Assembly (NCBI GenBank): GCA_020725055.1
Contig: DYFS01000001.1
Location: 275-64,274 of the forward strand
Direction of reading: 5' to 3'
Length of the DNA: 64,000 nucleotides
Origin: Candidatus Hadarchaeum sp.
GTDB lineage: Archaea; Hadarchaeota; Hadarchaeia; Hadarchaeales; Hadarchaeaceae
How positions within the stretch are numbered: position 1 is the stretch's first letter; each line of letters opens with the position of its first letter. Below, in pieces: positions 9,125 to 19,000 of the stretch. The position numbers and the translations under genes were made by a program. The notes under the pieces were generated by a model that worked only from the letters and a program-made list of their open reading frames with translations, was not told the origin of the DNA and searched no databases.

Positions 9125-9391
9125 TCAGAAGCCCTTTACACCCCAGCCCGCGACCTTCGACTTTGGATCGAGCCCGCTCTCCTCGTTATCAGACTCAAAC
9201 ACGAGCTGCGAAGTACCGCGCTGCTTGCCCTCAAGCTCGACAGTCAAGAAGTGCTCGTCTAATGGAAAACCCCTGAAATCGAAGGATCCCGCGTAAACGC
9301 CCTTTACCCGGTACTCTATGTAATCCTCGGTGGGGCGCTCCTCCCCCCTTATGAGCTCCATCCTCGTCGGAGTTCCCCTCAAAAATTCCAC
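9125..9391 (-). CDS. hypothetical protein
   Basis: 88-aa acidic ORF directly upstream of 8761-9120 on the same strand; no family recognised. Confidence 0.25.
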   Translation of the reverse strand: MEFLRGTPTRMELIRGEERPTEDYIEYRVKGVYAGSFDFRGFPLDEHFLTVELEGKQRGTSQLVFESDNEESGLDPKSKVAGWGVKGF

Positions 9392-9487
9392 GTTCGGCCT
9401 TATTTCGCGGTATTTGAACCAGATGTAAAGTAAAACTTAAAAAAAGAATTTAAAGCTCAAAAAAATATCAGGAAAGGGGATGGAAAA

Positions 9488-9751
9488 GTGGTTGAGTGGG
9501 GGTGGGTAATCATAGCGGCACTCGGGATATTCTGCGGTATGCTGGTCGGCGGCTCAATTTTGCTTGGGATAGGGGCGGTGATTTTCATCGGGTCGTTCTG
9601 GGCAGCAGAAGTCGGCTGGCCGCTGAAAGTAAGCGGATTGGTTCCATCCTTCACCGGGATAGCGTTGATAGCTAGCTACTTGGTGCTTAGACCGAAGAAG
9701 CAAGGCATTAGGGGTTCTGGCAGATGCCTATCGTCGAGATCCGTGATTTGA
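9488..9751 (+). CDS. hypothetical small membrane protein upstream of ABC transporter
   Basis: 87 aa, two hydrophobic helices (VIIAALGIFCGMLVGGSILLGIGAVIFIGSFW); overlaps the ABC ATPase start. Confidence 0.3.
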   Translation: MVEWGWVIIAALGIFCGMLVGGSILLGIGAVIFIGSFWAAEVGWPLKVSGLVPSFTGIALIASYLVLRPKKQGIRGSGRCLSSRSVI

Positions 9752-10656
9752 GCAAAACATTCAACGGCCGCAAGGCGGTCGATCGTTTAAATTTGACGAT
9801 TGAGGAGGGCGAGCTATTCGGCTTGCTCGGCCCCAACGGCGCCGGGAAGAGCACGACTGTGGCGATGCTCTCAACAGTTCTACAGCCGACGGATGGCACC
9901 GCGATCGTTAGCGGTCACGATATCCGAAAGCGGCCAAAGGAGGTTCGGGAGATAATCGGGGTCGTGACCCAAGATGTGGGGCTGTACGATGATTTAACCG
10001 CGGCTGAGAATTTAGCCTACTTTGGTAAGCTACACGGCGTTGAGGGGGGCAAGCTCCGCAAACGAGTTAACAAGATATTAGATATTGTGCAACTCAAGGA
10101 TCGCACCAAGAGCCGCGTCAAGACCTTTTCTGGTGGCATGAAACACCGCCTCAACCTCGCGGTCGGGCTGATCCACAAACCAGAGATATTATTCCTCGAC
10201 GAACCTACCGCCGGCTTGGACCCTGCGGCGAGGCTATCGGTTTGGGAGCTGATCAAGGGGTTTCAAGCCGAAGGTACCACGATCCTGCTCACGACCCATT
10301 ACATGGAGGAAGCGGATTACCTCTGCGATCGTGTCGCAATCATGGACCAAGGCAAAATCGTTGCCCTCGGCACACCGGCGGAGCTCAAGCGCTCGATAGG
10401 AAAACTCGAGGTGATTGAGGTGAAAGCAAGGGCGCCGAAGAAGCTCGTCGCCAAGTTACGCAAAATACGTAAGGTTGAGAAAGCTGAGATCACGTCAGAA
10501 GGGTTAAGAGTGCTCACCCCCGCAGCGGACGCGGTGCTCAGTCAGGTGGTGAAATCACTGGCAGACGAAGGTGTACACATGGATTCGCTGAACATCATCC
10601 AACCGACGCTTGAGGATGTGTTTATCAAGCTGACGGGACGGGCGCTGAGGGATTGA
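9724..10656 (+). CDS. ABC transporter ATP-binding protein (ABC-2 / drug-export type)
   Basis: 310 aa. Walker A GPNGAGKST, signature FSGGMKHRLNLAVG, Walker B ILFLDEPTAGLD, H-loop LTTHYMEEA. Confidence 0.85.
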   Translation: MPIVEIRDLSKTFNGRKAVDRLNLTIEEGELFGLLGPNGAGKSTTVAMLSTVLQPTDGTAIVSGHDIRKRPKEVREIIGVVTQDVGLYDDLTAAENLAYFGKLHGVEGGKLRKRVNKILDIVQLKDRTKSRVKTFSGGMKHRLNLAVGLIHKPEILFLDEPTAGLDPAARLSVWELIKGFQAEGTTILLTTHYMEEADYLCDRVAIMDQGKIVALGTPAELKRSIGKLEVIEVKARAPKKLVAKLRKIRKVEKAEITSEGLRVLTPAADAVLSQVVKSLADEGVHMDSLNIIQPTLEDVFIKLTGRALRD

Positions 10657-10657
10657 G

Positions 10658-11704
10658 ATGAAGTTCTTGACGTGCGCAGCTAAGGACCTGCGGTTGTTCA
10701 CCAGAGATCGGACTGGGTTGTTTTTCACATTCCTCTTCCCATTCCTGCTGATAGGTATCTTCGGCCTCATCTTTGGCGCTGGCTACCGTTTGCCCGACTT
10801 GCACGTTGCGCAGGAGGACAACGGCCAGCTTGCCAACCTCTACGTCTCAACGCTTGAAAACGTCTTCAAAATCCACAAGGTCGAAAACGCTGAAGCCGCC
10901 GAGCAAAACGTGCGCAACGGGCTGGCGGTGGTCGGGTTAGTTATCCCGGAAAACTTCAGCCGGGGTGGAAAAGTCCGCCTCTTCTATGACCCCGCAAAAG
11001 GCGACATAGCGATCAGCATGAAGGCCACGATTGAGAGCGTCACCCAGCGCTTTTGGGCGGGTGGTGAGTCGCCGGTCGAGAGCCAATCGGTGGTGGGCAG
11101 GGAGATCCACGCGATGCAGCATTTCGTGCCGGGGTGGTCGATAATGTTCATTTTGATGACGGCGGGGATAGGCATTGCCAGCACCATCGTCGTTGAGCGC
11201 AAGTCGGGAGCATTCAAACGTAATCTGCTGGCGCCGATTCGCAGGGGGAGTTTCCTCGGGGGGCACGTTTTCTCCGCCTTTGTGATCGGCTGCCTGCAGC
11301 TCGCCGTTTACTTCGCTTTTGGGATCCTCGTGTTCGGAATGCCGGTTTATGGTAGCCCTCTGCTCGTTGCCCTGATCGGCGCTCTAGTCGTGTTCTTCGG
11401 GGTTGGTCTGGGTCTGCTCGTATCGTCATTCGCCCGAACTACTGATGCCGCGTCTTCAGCGGTGTGGGCGGTGATAATGCCGATGAGCGCACTCGGCGGG
11501 CTGTGGTGGGCCAAGGAGATGATGCCCGCGTGGATGCAGAGCATATCGAACGTTTTGCCGACGACGCACGCAATGGACTCCTTCCGTGCCGTCATCATGC
11601 GCGGTGAGGGTTTGGCAGCAATCGCGCCGTCCCTAGCTGTGCTCGCGGGGTTCACTATTGTGGTCCTTGCGCTGGCGCTCAAGCTTTTCAGGTGGGAGGA
11701 GTAA
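10658..11704 (+). CDS. ABC-2 type transporter permease
   Basis: 348 aa, 6 predicted TM helices, immediately downstream of the ATPase (1-nt gap). Confidence 0.75.
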   Translation: MKFLTCAAKDLRLFTRDRTGLFFTFLFPFLLIGIFGLIFGAGYRLPDLHVAQEDNGQLANLYVSTLENVFKIHKVENAEAAEQNVRNGLAVVGLVIPENFSRGGKVRLFYDPAKGDIAISMKATIESVTQRFWAGGESPVESQSVVGREIHAMQHFVPGWSIMFILMTAGIGIASTIVVERKSGAFKRNLLAPIRRGSFLGGHVFSAFVIGCLQLAVYFAFGILVFGMPVYGSPLLVALIGALVVFFGVGLGLLVSSFARTTDAASSAVWAVIMPMSALGGLWWAKEMMPAWMQSISNVLPTTHAMDSFRAVIMRGEGLAAIAPSLAVLAGFTIVVLALALKLFRWEE

Positions 11705-11705
11705 G

Positions 11706-11793
11706 TGGTGGACCGGGCGGGATTTGAACCCGCGCCCTCTCGCTGTTTCGGTTGCCATGCGAAGCGAGTGCGCTGCCGCTGCGCTACCGGCCC
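11706..11793 (-). tRNA. tRNA-Ala (CGC) with 13-nt canonical intron, CCA encoded
   Basis: GGGCCGG UA GCGC AGCGGCA GCGC A CUCGC UUCGCA [TGGCAACCGAAAC] A GCGAG AGGGC GCGGG UUCAAAU CCCGC CCGGUCC A CCA. G3:U70 Ala identity pair present. Confidence 0.7.
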
Positions 11794-11962
11794 CGTTTTC
11801 TACTGTGGTTTAACTCTCATTTAACACTTGTTGGAGTTTTAATGATTTTATGTAGCCTGCACCCGCCATTATAGAATAGGTCCATATACGGGCCAAAAAG
11901 CACGCCGAAAGTAATATAGTTTATGAGGGTGATGGTCAAGCAGAGCGAAAGGAGGCTGGAAA

Positions 11963-12190
11963 ATGGAAGCGATTGTGTGCATCCGCACCGAGCCAGGCAA
12001 AGCGCTGAAAATCGTCGAAACCGTCAAGAAGGTGCCGGGGGTCAAGGTGGCGTTTGCGACAACGGGAAGGTTTGACATCATCGCCCGCGTCGAAGCGGTT
12101 GATCTCAAGGCGCTGGGCGAGACAGTCGTCGGAAGGATTCAGACCATAGGCGGGGTCAAAAACACCGAGACGTCCCTAATCGTTGCGTGA
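11963..12190 (+). CDS. stand-alone Lrp/AsnC-type ligand-binding (RAM) domain protein
   Basis: 75 aa. Beta-alpha-beta-beta-alpha-beta pattern (VKVAFATTGRFDIIARVEAVDLKAL..VKNTETSLIV) typical of AsnC C-terminal domains. Confidence 0.5.
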   Translation: MEAIVCIRTEPGKALKIVETVKKVPGVKVAFATTGRFDIIARVEAVDLKALGETVVGRIQTIGGVKNTETSLIVA

Positions 12191-12235
12191 GCACGGCTTA
12201 TAAGTCAACGAGGGGAAAAACTCAACGGTGCTCGT

Positions 12236-13189
12236 GTGGCTACCCTTAGGAAGGTCTGCGTATCGGCTGGGGGGAACCTTTACAGAGCCGACCACCCGGA
12301 GCTGCCGAAGAACACCTACATCACCTGTATGCCCCAAGCGCACAAAATCCTCTACGACCCGATCGTCTACGGCACGAAGCTCCGCAGACGCGCGCTCGAG
12401 TGCAGCAAGGCATTCCTCAAAATCGCCCTAAACACGGTCCCCGGCTTCAAGAGGCTCGGCTCGAGGGAAATAAGTGAGATCGTCGTGCTGCGCGGCAGCT
12501 TGGGCTACCAGTTCAACACAGCTTTCGAGCAGCTTTTCAACCGCTACCTGCCCCAATGCTTCGTCGGGGCGAGGCGTTTCAGGATATCGAAGGATGAATT
12601 CGGCGCGGATATCTATTACACGAATTTTGAGGCACTGCCGGAAAACGGGTTCCTCTTCACGGGTGACACCATTGCGACCGGGGCATCGCTCGGCCAGACC
12701 CTCTCTGTGACACGCAGTGAACTCAGGGAGCGCGACTACGGTGTGCAGAAGCTGCTTGTTTTCAGCATCGCTGCTTCGTTCAACGGTTGCGCGCGCTTGC
12801 TCGAGTGGGAGGAGCGCTTTCGGGAGTGGTGGCCCGACTTTGACATCCACCTGTTCGTCGCGGAGGCGCTGTTCGGCCTAGCGGACAATGGCACTGATCT
12901 CCTTTTCCGACGCGAGGGCGAGGCGATCGTACCTCAGGAAACAAAAAGGCGCGTGGAGCAACTCTACGGCGATTACGAAACGGGCTTCTTGCCTGGCAAC
13001 ATGTGCGCTATTTTTGACTGGGGCGACCGCAATTTCAAACCCGAACGCCACCTCGAGGACGTGGTCAAGTTTGCCAGAGGCTCTATGAAAGCCGCGAGGG
13101 ATTCCACGTCCAAAGAGGTTCTGAACAGAATCTCGCGGGATGCGAAGCTCGCGCTCAAGCGGCTCAATCAACCGTTGATCAAACGGTAG
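12236..13189 (+). CDS. hypothetical protein, possible phosphoribosyltransferase-like core
   Basis: 317-aa ORF in coding-like GC context. Segment GFLFTGDTIATGASLGQTL resembles a type-I PRTase PRPP-binding loop; otherwise unrecognised. Confidence 0.35.
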   Translation: MATLRKVCVSAGGNLYRADHPELPKNTYITCMPQAHKILYDPIVYGTKLRRRALECSKAFLKIALNTVPGFKRLGSREISEIVVLRGSLGYQFNTAFEQLFNRYLPQCFVGARRFRISKDEFGADIYYTNFEALPENGFLFTGDTIATGASLGQTLSVTRSELRERDYGVQKLLVFSIAASFNGCARLLEWEERFREWWPDFDIHLFVAEALFGLADNGTDLLFRREGEAIVPQETKRRVEQLYGDYETGFLPGNMCAIFDWGDRNFKPERHLEDVVKFARGSMKAARDSTSKEVLNRISRDAKLALKRLNQPLIKR

Positions 13190-13230
13190 GTACCTCGCAC
13201 TTCTCGGGTGCCTTAAATGGGCTTTTGGCT

Positions 13231-13938
13231 TTAGAGGAATCTCTCCACCCCAACCATCTTCGGGAGTTCAACTGTTGTGATCTTTCCACTCGCCGGCAGA
13301 GAGACATTCATCACCAAGGTTCTTCCGAATCGCTCCTCGAGCTTGGTTGCCTTGTGTCCGTGTCCGTGGAACCAAACATCAGGCTGCCTGCGCCTGATTA
13401 CCTCCTCCAACCGCCGGCACGCCATCTCTGGTATTACCCCCTCGCTCTCCCCAACGAGCGTTTCGTAGGTCGGGGCGTAGTGCGTCAGTACTACTTTCAC
13501 ATTCGCCTCAAGCCCGGAAAGCAGGGAATCGATTGTCTCCGCGCGCTTCTTGTAGATTTGCCATATCCCCTTGACGTGGGTGCGCTGCCAAAAAGTCGGG
13601 CGGTCGAGCGATCCTCTAGAACCAACGATGCCCACCCTCAGCCCCCCAAACTCCATGGTCGTCGCTTGGTCCTCGAGCCACGTGATTTCGGGCGCAAGGT
13701 ACCTCCCTCTATCCTGCTCGAACTCCTCGTTCCCGAAGCACGCCAAAATCGAACCTTCGTAGCTTTCTCGGATCGCAGATATCACGCTCGGCAACTGCTC
13801 GAAATCGTTTTTTAGGACGAGATCCCCAGCTATCAAGAAAAGATCGCACCTCCCCACTTTCGCCAACGCATCTTTAAATAATTCTAAATACTTTGGAGAG
13901 TGGACATCCGCCACCGCTGCTACTTGCATCAGCTGCAC
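13231..13938 (-). CDS. calcineurin-like metallophosphoesterase
   Basis: 235 aa. Motifs AAVADVHS, IAGDLV, GNEE, THYAP, FHGHGHKA match metallophosphatase motifs I-V. Confidence 0.7.
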   Translation of the reverse strand: MQLMQVAAVADVHSPKYLELFKDALAKVGRCDLFLIAGDLVLKNDFEQLPSVISAIRESYEGSILACFGNEEFEQDRGRYLAPEITWLEDQATTMEFGGLRVGIVGSRGSLDRPTFWQRTHVKGIWQIYKKRAETIDSLLSGLEANVKVVLTHYAPTYETLVGESEGVIPEMACRRLEEVIRRRQPDVWFHGHGHKATKLEERFGRTLVMNVSLPASGKITTVELPKMVGVERFL

Positions 13939-14031
13939 CTAAAAGAGGTTTTTCCCTTAGGTTAATAACCCTAAAGTGGCCGGTTCGAGATATTTTTAGT
14001 CTCCAGAAATCATTTGTAATGCTGGTACCGG

Positions 14032-16719
14032 GTGAAACCCATGGAGGTAACTAAGGATTATGACCCACTCGAGGTCGAGCCAAGGTGGCAGCAAAGGTGG
14101 GGAGAGCTGGACATATATCGATTCAGGCGTGAAGACACAAAAACGCCGACTTACGTGATCGATACCCCTCCCCCATACCCATCGGGCGAGTTTCACATGG
14201 GTACCGCGCTGAACTGGACGTACTTCGACATCGCCGCACGCTACAAGCGCATGCGAGGATTTAACGTGTTATTTCCACAAGGCTGGGACTGTCATGGTTT
14301 GCCGACGGAGGTTCAGGTCGAAAAGCGCTACGGCATCCGAAAGGGCGACCTCCCACCCGAGCGATTCCGCGAGCTCTGCATCAAGTTAACCGAGGAGAAC
14401 ATCGCCCACATGCGGGAGGAAATAAAGTCACTCGGTTTCTCCATCGACTGGTCGACCGAGTACCGGACGATGGATCCGAGCTACTACAGCAAAACCCAGC
14501 TTTCGTTCGTGCGACTTTACAAAAAAGGCCTCATCTACCGAGGCGAACACCCTGTCAACTGGTGCCCCCGCTGCGAGACGGCGATAGCTGATGCAGAGGT
14601 GGAGTACGACGAGCGGGAAAGCTCCCTCAGCTACATCAAGTTCAAGATACATGGGGAAGATGATCTCCTAACAATCGCCACCACCCGTCCCGAGTACCTT
14701 CACGCCTGTGTCGTCGTAGCCGTTCACCCGGATGATGAACGTTATAAAAAATACGTCGGAAAGAAACTCGAGGTGCCTCTTTTCAACCAAGTCGTTGGTA
14801 TCATCGAGGATCACGAAGTCGACCCGCAGTTCGGCACGGGTGTGGTGATGATATGCACGTACGGTGACAAGACTGACGTGCGCTGGGTCAAGCGCCACAA
14901 GCTGCCGGTGGTGAAAGCCATCGATGAGCGAGGGCGCATGACCGAGGCCGCCGGAAAGTACGTGGGACTCACCCTCGTTGAATGCAAGGGACAGGTGGTT
15001 GAGGACCTGCGCGAGGCCGGGCTTCTCGAAAAACAGGAGAGACTCGTGCAGAGCGTCGGTACGTGCTGGCGGTGTAAAACGCCCGTTGAAATCCTGACGA
15101 AAAAACAGTGGTTCATGCGCGTGCTGGATTTGAAAGATGAGGTAATCGAAGGTGCAAAGCGCGCGCGCTGGGTTCCTGATTACATGCGAGATCGCCTGAT
15201 AACCTGGGCCGAATCCATGGACTGGGACTGGGTGATCTCGAGGCAGAGGATATTCGCAACACCGATCCCGGTCTGGTACTGCCCGAGGTGCAATTCGCCG
15301 GTGATAGCGGAGGAGGACCAGCTTCCAGTCAACCCAGTAATGGATAAGCCGCCCGTCGACAAGTGCCAGAAGTGTGGCAACGACGAATTCATACCGGAAA
15401 CCGATGTTCTCGACACGTGGATGGACAGCTCGCTCACGATACTCGCCCACGCCGGCTGGCCTGAGCTGGACAAGCGGCTCTTCCCCGCTGACCTCCAGCC
15501 CAACGGAACCGATATCATCAGGACGTGGGATTATTACCTGCTCGTTCGCAGCCTTGCGCTCGCTGGTGAGGCCCCGTACAAGACCGTGCTCATCAACGGC
15601 ATGGTCTTCGGCGAGGACGGCCGCAAGATGTCGAAGTCGCTCGGCAACTACGTCGATACCATGAAGGCGCGTGAAAGGTACGGCGTGGATGCTCTCAGAC
15701 AGTGGGCGGCGATAGGTGCTTCAACAGGTTCAGACGTGCCTTTCGCTTGGAAGGATGTCGAATTCGGCTACAAGTTCATGCGCAAGTTTTGGAACGCCGC
15801 GCGGTTTGCGGGCTCGCACTTCCGAGGTTTCGACGTCGCTGGCGCAGATCTGGCCGAGCTTGGGTTCAGGCCAACCGACCGGTGGATCCTAAGTAGGCTG
15901 AACCGCCTGGTGAACGAGGTCACCGCGTACCTCGAGGACTTTCAGTTTAACCGCGCGCTGATCGCGATTCAAACCTTCATATGGCACGAGTTCTGCGATA
16001 TGTACATCGAGGAGGCCAAGTACCGCCTCTACGGTGGCGACCCAACCGCAGATGCCGCGCGCTACATGCTTTACCACACCATCCTCACCGCGACGAAGCT
16101 GCTCGCGCCGTTCATACCGCACTTCTCCGAGGAGGTTTACCGCACATATTTCGCGGAAAACTACCCATACCCAAGCGTCCACGTCTCGGACTGGCCGGTT
16201 GCAGACGAGCAACTCATAGACGAGGCCGCGGAGGGGCTCGGTGAACTCACAAACTTGGTGGTTGGCGCAATCCGCCAGTTCAAGTCCGAGCGCAGGATGG
16301 CCCTAAGCGCTGAGCTGCCAGCGGTTGAGGTGTACGCGGCAGACAGAAAGAACGCGCGGCTGCTGGCCCAAGTTGGTGAAGACATCCGCGGCACCATAAG
16401 GGTGAGGGAGTTCAACGTGGTGACCGAGAAGCCGAAAGTCGTTGAACGCATCCTAGCGGTGGAGCCGAACCTCGCGAGGCTCGGGCCCCGTCTGCGCGGT
16501 GATACAAGGCTAGTCGTTCGGGCCCTCGAGGAGGCGGATCCAGAGGCAGTCGCCCAGGAGCTGGCAGGGGGGAGCGTGACCCTCGCCGTTAGCGGGAAGA
16601 GGTTCAAGCTCGATCAAGAGGATGTGAGAATCATAAAAGAAACATCGAGCGCTGGACGTAAGGTTGAGGTTATAGATATCACGGTTCCTGCGCTGGCAAT
16701 CTTGATCACGATGCCCTAG
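14032..16719 (+). CDS. valS: valyl-tRNA synthetase (class I, editing domain)
   Basis: 895 aa. PPPYPSGEFHMGTA (HIGH-type), KMSKSLGN. Length fits archaeal ValRS rather than IleRS or LeuRS. Ends with TAG stop. Confidence 0.75.
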   Translation: MKPMEVTKDYDPLEVEPRWQQRWGELDIYRFRREDTKTPTYVIDTPPPYPSGEFHMGTALNWTYFDIAARYKRMRGFNVLFPQGWDCHGLPTEVQVEKRYGIRKGDLPPERFRELCIKLTEENIAHMREEIKSLGFSIDWSTEYRTMDPSYYSKTQLSFVRLYKKGLIYRGEHPVNWCPRCETAIADAEVEYDERESSLSYIKFKIHGEDDLLTIATTRPEYLHACVVVAVHPDDERYKKYVGKKLEVPLFNQVVGIIEDHEVDPQFGTGVVMICTYGDKTDVRWVKRHKLPVVKAIDERGRMTEAAGKYVGLTLVECKGQVVEDLREAGLLEKQERLVQSVGTCWRCKTPVEILTKKQWFMRVLDLKDEVIEGAKRARWVPDYMRDRLITWAESMDWDWVISRQRIFATPIPVWYCPRCNSPVIAEEDQLPVNPVMDKPPVDKCQKCGNDEFIPETDVLDTWMDSSLTILAHAGWPELDKRLFPADLQPNGTDIIRTWDYYLLVRSLALAGEAPYKTVLINGMVFGEDGRKMSKSLGNYVDTMKARERYGVDALRQWAAIGASTGSDVPFAWKDVEFGYKFMRKFWNAARFAGSHFRGFDVAGADLAELGFRPTDRWILSRLNRLVNEVTAYLEDFQFNRALIAIQTFIWHEFCDMYIEEAKYRLYGGDPTADAARYMLYHTILTATKLLAPFIPHFSEEVYRTYFAENYPYPSVHVSDWPVADEQLIDEAAEGLGELTNLVVGAIRQFKSERRMALSAELPAVEVYAADRKNARLLAQVGEDIRGTIRVREFNVVTEKPKVVERILAVEPNLARLGPRLRGDTRLVVRALEEADPEAVAQELAGGSVTLAVSGKRFKLDQEDVRIIKETSSAGRKVEVIDITVPALAILITMP

Positions 16720-16943
16720 GAAGTTCCCCTCACCACATTCAGGATGATGAGCAACACAAAAAACACGATAAACATCCCGAGCATTAGAAACCTCGCGCGC
16801 GCCGCCTGTTTTTGAGACCGCTTAAACATCTCCTCGCAAGCGGGTGAGCAGAAGAACTTGTCCAGCTCAACTGGCTTCCCGCAAACCACACAGTGCTTAT
16901 GATCCTCGACCACGTCTTTCCCTCGGCACGACGGTAGTTCCAC
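16716..16943 (-). CDS. small zinc-ribbon membrane protein
   Basis: 75 aa. CVVCGKP..CSPAC motif followed by one C-terminal TM helix. Overlaps pyrH 3' end in another frame. Confidence 0.35.
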   Translation of the reverse strand: MELPSCRGKDVVEDHKHCVVCGKPVELDKFFCSPACEEMFKRSQKQAARARFLMLGMFIVFFVLLIILNVVRGTS

Positions 16944-17604
16944 TGTGCCCCGCGCCCCCTAAAATCTTTTGGAGGCGGTGCACCTCCTGCCTCCCGAGCA
17001 CCAGGGTCTTGATGCCTGAGCGGTCGATTATCTTGGCGCCGATTGGGTCTATTATCGCGGTTACCCCCGGCTTCATTTTGACTCCCGCCACCAACTCCAA
17101 CAGCTGCCGCGAGGTCATCGCTTCAAATTTTTTCGCACTTGGGTCAAGCTTGGGGTCTGCGGTGTAGACTCCATCAACATCCGTGAAGAAGACCAGCAAA
17201 TCAGACCTGCTTGCGTCGGCGAGCCCCGCTGCCACAGCATCTGTGGTGTGTCCAGGCACGGTGCCACCCATCACCGGGATCTTGCCGCGCAGCATCGCTC
17301 GAGTTGCCCCATCAAAAGTTGTAATCGGATTCAGTTCAGCCAGCTCGCCGAGGGCCGCGATCAGCAGGCGGGCATTCAGACGTGTGGCGTCTATGCCGAT
17401 TGTGTCACAATACGCGTGCGTCGCTTTGAGCTCACGCGCGGCTCCGATGTACCTGCGAGCGGTCCTGCCCCCACCTACCACAACGAGGAGCTCGTGCCGC
17501 CTAGCCTTGAGCTCGCGGAGAACCCTCGCCGTCTCGCGGATGCAATCCACGTCTGGCAAATCTGGCGCTAGGATCGAGCCACCGAAGCACAGCGTCACCC
17601 TCAT
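16897..17604 (-). CDS. pyrH: UMP kinase (archaeal PyrH)
   Basis: 235 aa amino-acid kinase fold. VTLCFGGSIL, LLVVVGGG..ARRYI, MGGTVPGHTTDAVAA. Confidence 0.8.
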   Translation of the reverse strand: MRVTLCFGGSILAPDLPDVDCIRETARVLRELKARRHELLVVVGGGRTARRYIGAARELKATHAYCDTIGIDATRLNARLLIAALGELAELNPITTFDGATRAMLRGKIPVMGGTVPGHTTDAVAAGLADASRSDLLVFFTDVDGVYTADPKLDPSAKKFEAMTSRQLLELVAGVKMKPGVTAIIDPIGAKIIDRSGIKTLVLGRQEVHRLQKILGGAGHSGTTVVPRERRGRGS

Positions 17605-17640
17605 CCAACCGCCAATGCCACGTGGGGCGGCACGCTATTA

Positions 17641-18927
17641 ATGTTCACGGTCGAATATTGGGTGGCGAGTCAAATGAGTGAGGAGAGCCGCAAGCGATAC
17701 CAGTTCAAGCGGTTGCTCGATGACCTAGCGAGCAAGCGCGGGCGAGGGACTGAGCTCATCTCGGTCTACATCACCCCAGATTTCGAGCTCGTGAAAGTGA
17801 TGCAGCAGCTGCGCGATGAACAGGGCACCGCAGCCAACATAAAATCGAAGACCACCCGCAAGAACGTGCTCGGGGCGCTCGAGCGGGTAATCCAGTTCCT
17901 CCGCGTATACATCGCGGAGCACCGCCGCCCGCCGGCTCACGGGATGGCTATATTCTGCGGCAACGTTGCCGGGCGCGAGGATGTCTCTGACATCCAGCTT
18001 TACTGGGTCGAGCCCCCTGAGCCGATAACCGTGCGGATGTACCGGTGCAACCAAGAATTCATGCTCAGGCCGCTTCGAGAGATGCTCCAGGTCAAAGAGA
18101 CCATCGGCTTGCTCACGCTAGATAGGCGTGAGGCGACGTTGGCGACACTCCGAGGCAAGCACATCGAAATACTGAGGAGACTGACCTCCGGCATCCCCGG
18201 TAAACACAGCAAGGGCGGCCAGTCCGCGCGGCGGTTTGAGCGTTTGATAGAGATCGCCGCCCACGAGTACATGAAAAGGGTTGCCGAAGCCGCCAACGAG
18301 ATTTTCTCCCAGGTGCCCGACCTGCGCGCAATCATCGTAGGGGGGCCGGGACCAACGAAGGAGGAGTTCCTGAAAAGCGAGCTTCTCTACGACAGCGTTA
18401 GGAAGAAGGTGGCTGCCTCGCTCGACACCGGCTACACGGATGAGTACGGCGTCCGGGAGCTAGTCGATAAAGCAGGGGAAGTCCTCGCCGACCTAGACAT
18501 CGCCAAGGAAAAAGCGCTTATACAGCGGTTCATGACCGAGCTCGTCGCAGGAAAGGGGCTTGTCGCTTACGGGGAGCGCGAGGTTCGGGAGCAATTTGAG
18601 CGGGGGGCGGTTGAGCTTCTGCTGATCTCCGAAGCCCTTCGGCGCATCAGGTGTACGGCCCGCTGCCAGATGTGTGAACACGATGTGTTAGAAACCACCG
18701 AGGACCTCGAAGCGTACAAGAAGCAACTCGCAACCAAGACATGCCAGAAGTGCGGCGAGGCGAAACTGGTACTGGTCGAGAGCAAGGATTTGGTGCAGGA
18801 GCTCATCGAGCTTGCGGACAAATTTGGCGCTAGAGTTGAGTTTGTATCAACTGAAACCGATGAAGGGAAGCAGCTTTTGATAGCGTTCAAGGGGCTCGCG
18901 GCGCTCCTCAGGTTTAGGCCCGCGTAA
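17641..18927 (+). CDS. prf1: peptide chain release factor aRF1
   Basis: 428 aa. Universal GGQ motif (KHSKGGQSARRFERL). NIKS-like decoding region TAANIKSKTTRKN. C-terminal zinc ribbon CTARCQMCEH..CQKCG. Confidence 0.85.
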   Translation: MFTVEYWVASQMSEESRKRYQFKRLLDDLASKRGRGTELISVYITPDFELVKVMQQLRDEQGTAANIKSKTTRKNVLGALERVIQFLRVYIAEHRRPPAHGMAIFCGNVAGREDVSDIQLYWVEPPEPITVRMYRCNQEFMLRPLREMLQVKETIGLLTLDRREATLATLRGKHIEILRRLTSGIPGKHSKGGQSARRFERLIEIAAHEYMKRVAEAANEIFSQVPDLRAIIVGGPGPTKEEFLKSELLYDSVRKKVAASLDTGYTDEYGVRELVDKAGEVLADLDIAKEKALIQRFMTELVAGKGLVAYGEREVREQFERGAVELLLISEALRRIRCTARCQMCEHDVLETTEDLEAYKKQLATKTCQKCGEAKLVLVESKDLVQELIELADKFGARVEFVSTETDEGKQLLIAFKGLAALLRFRPA

Positions 18928-19000
18928 AATCGCTCGAAAACTTTCGGATCCAAGCCTAGCTGAACTCTCAGTCAAAAGGTTCAGAACGGCACGCTTGAGC

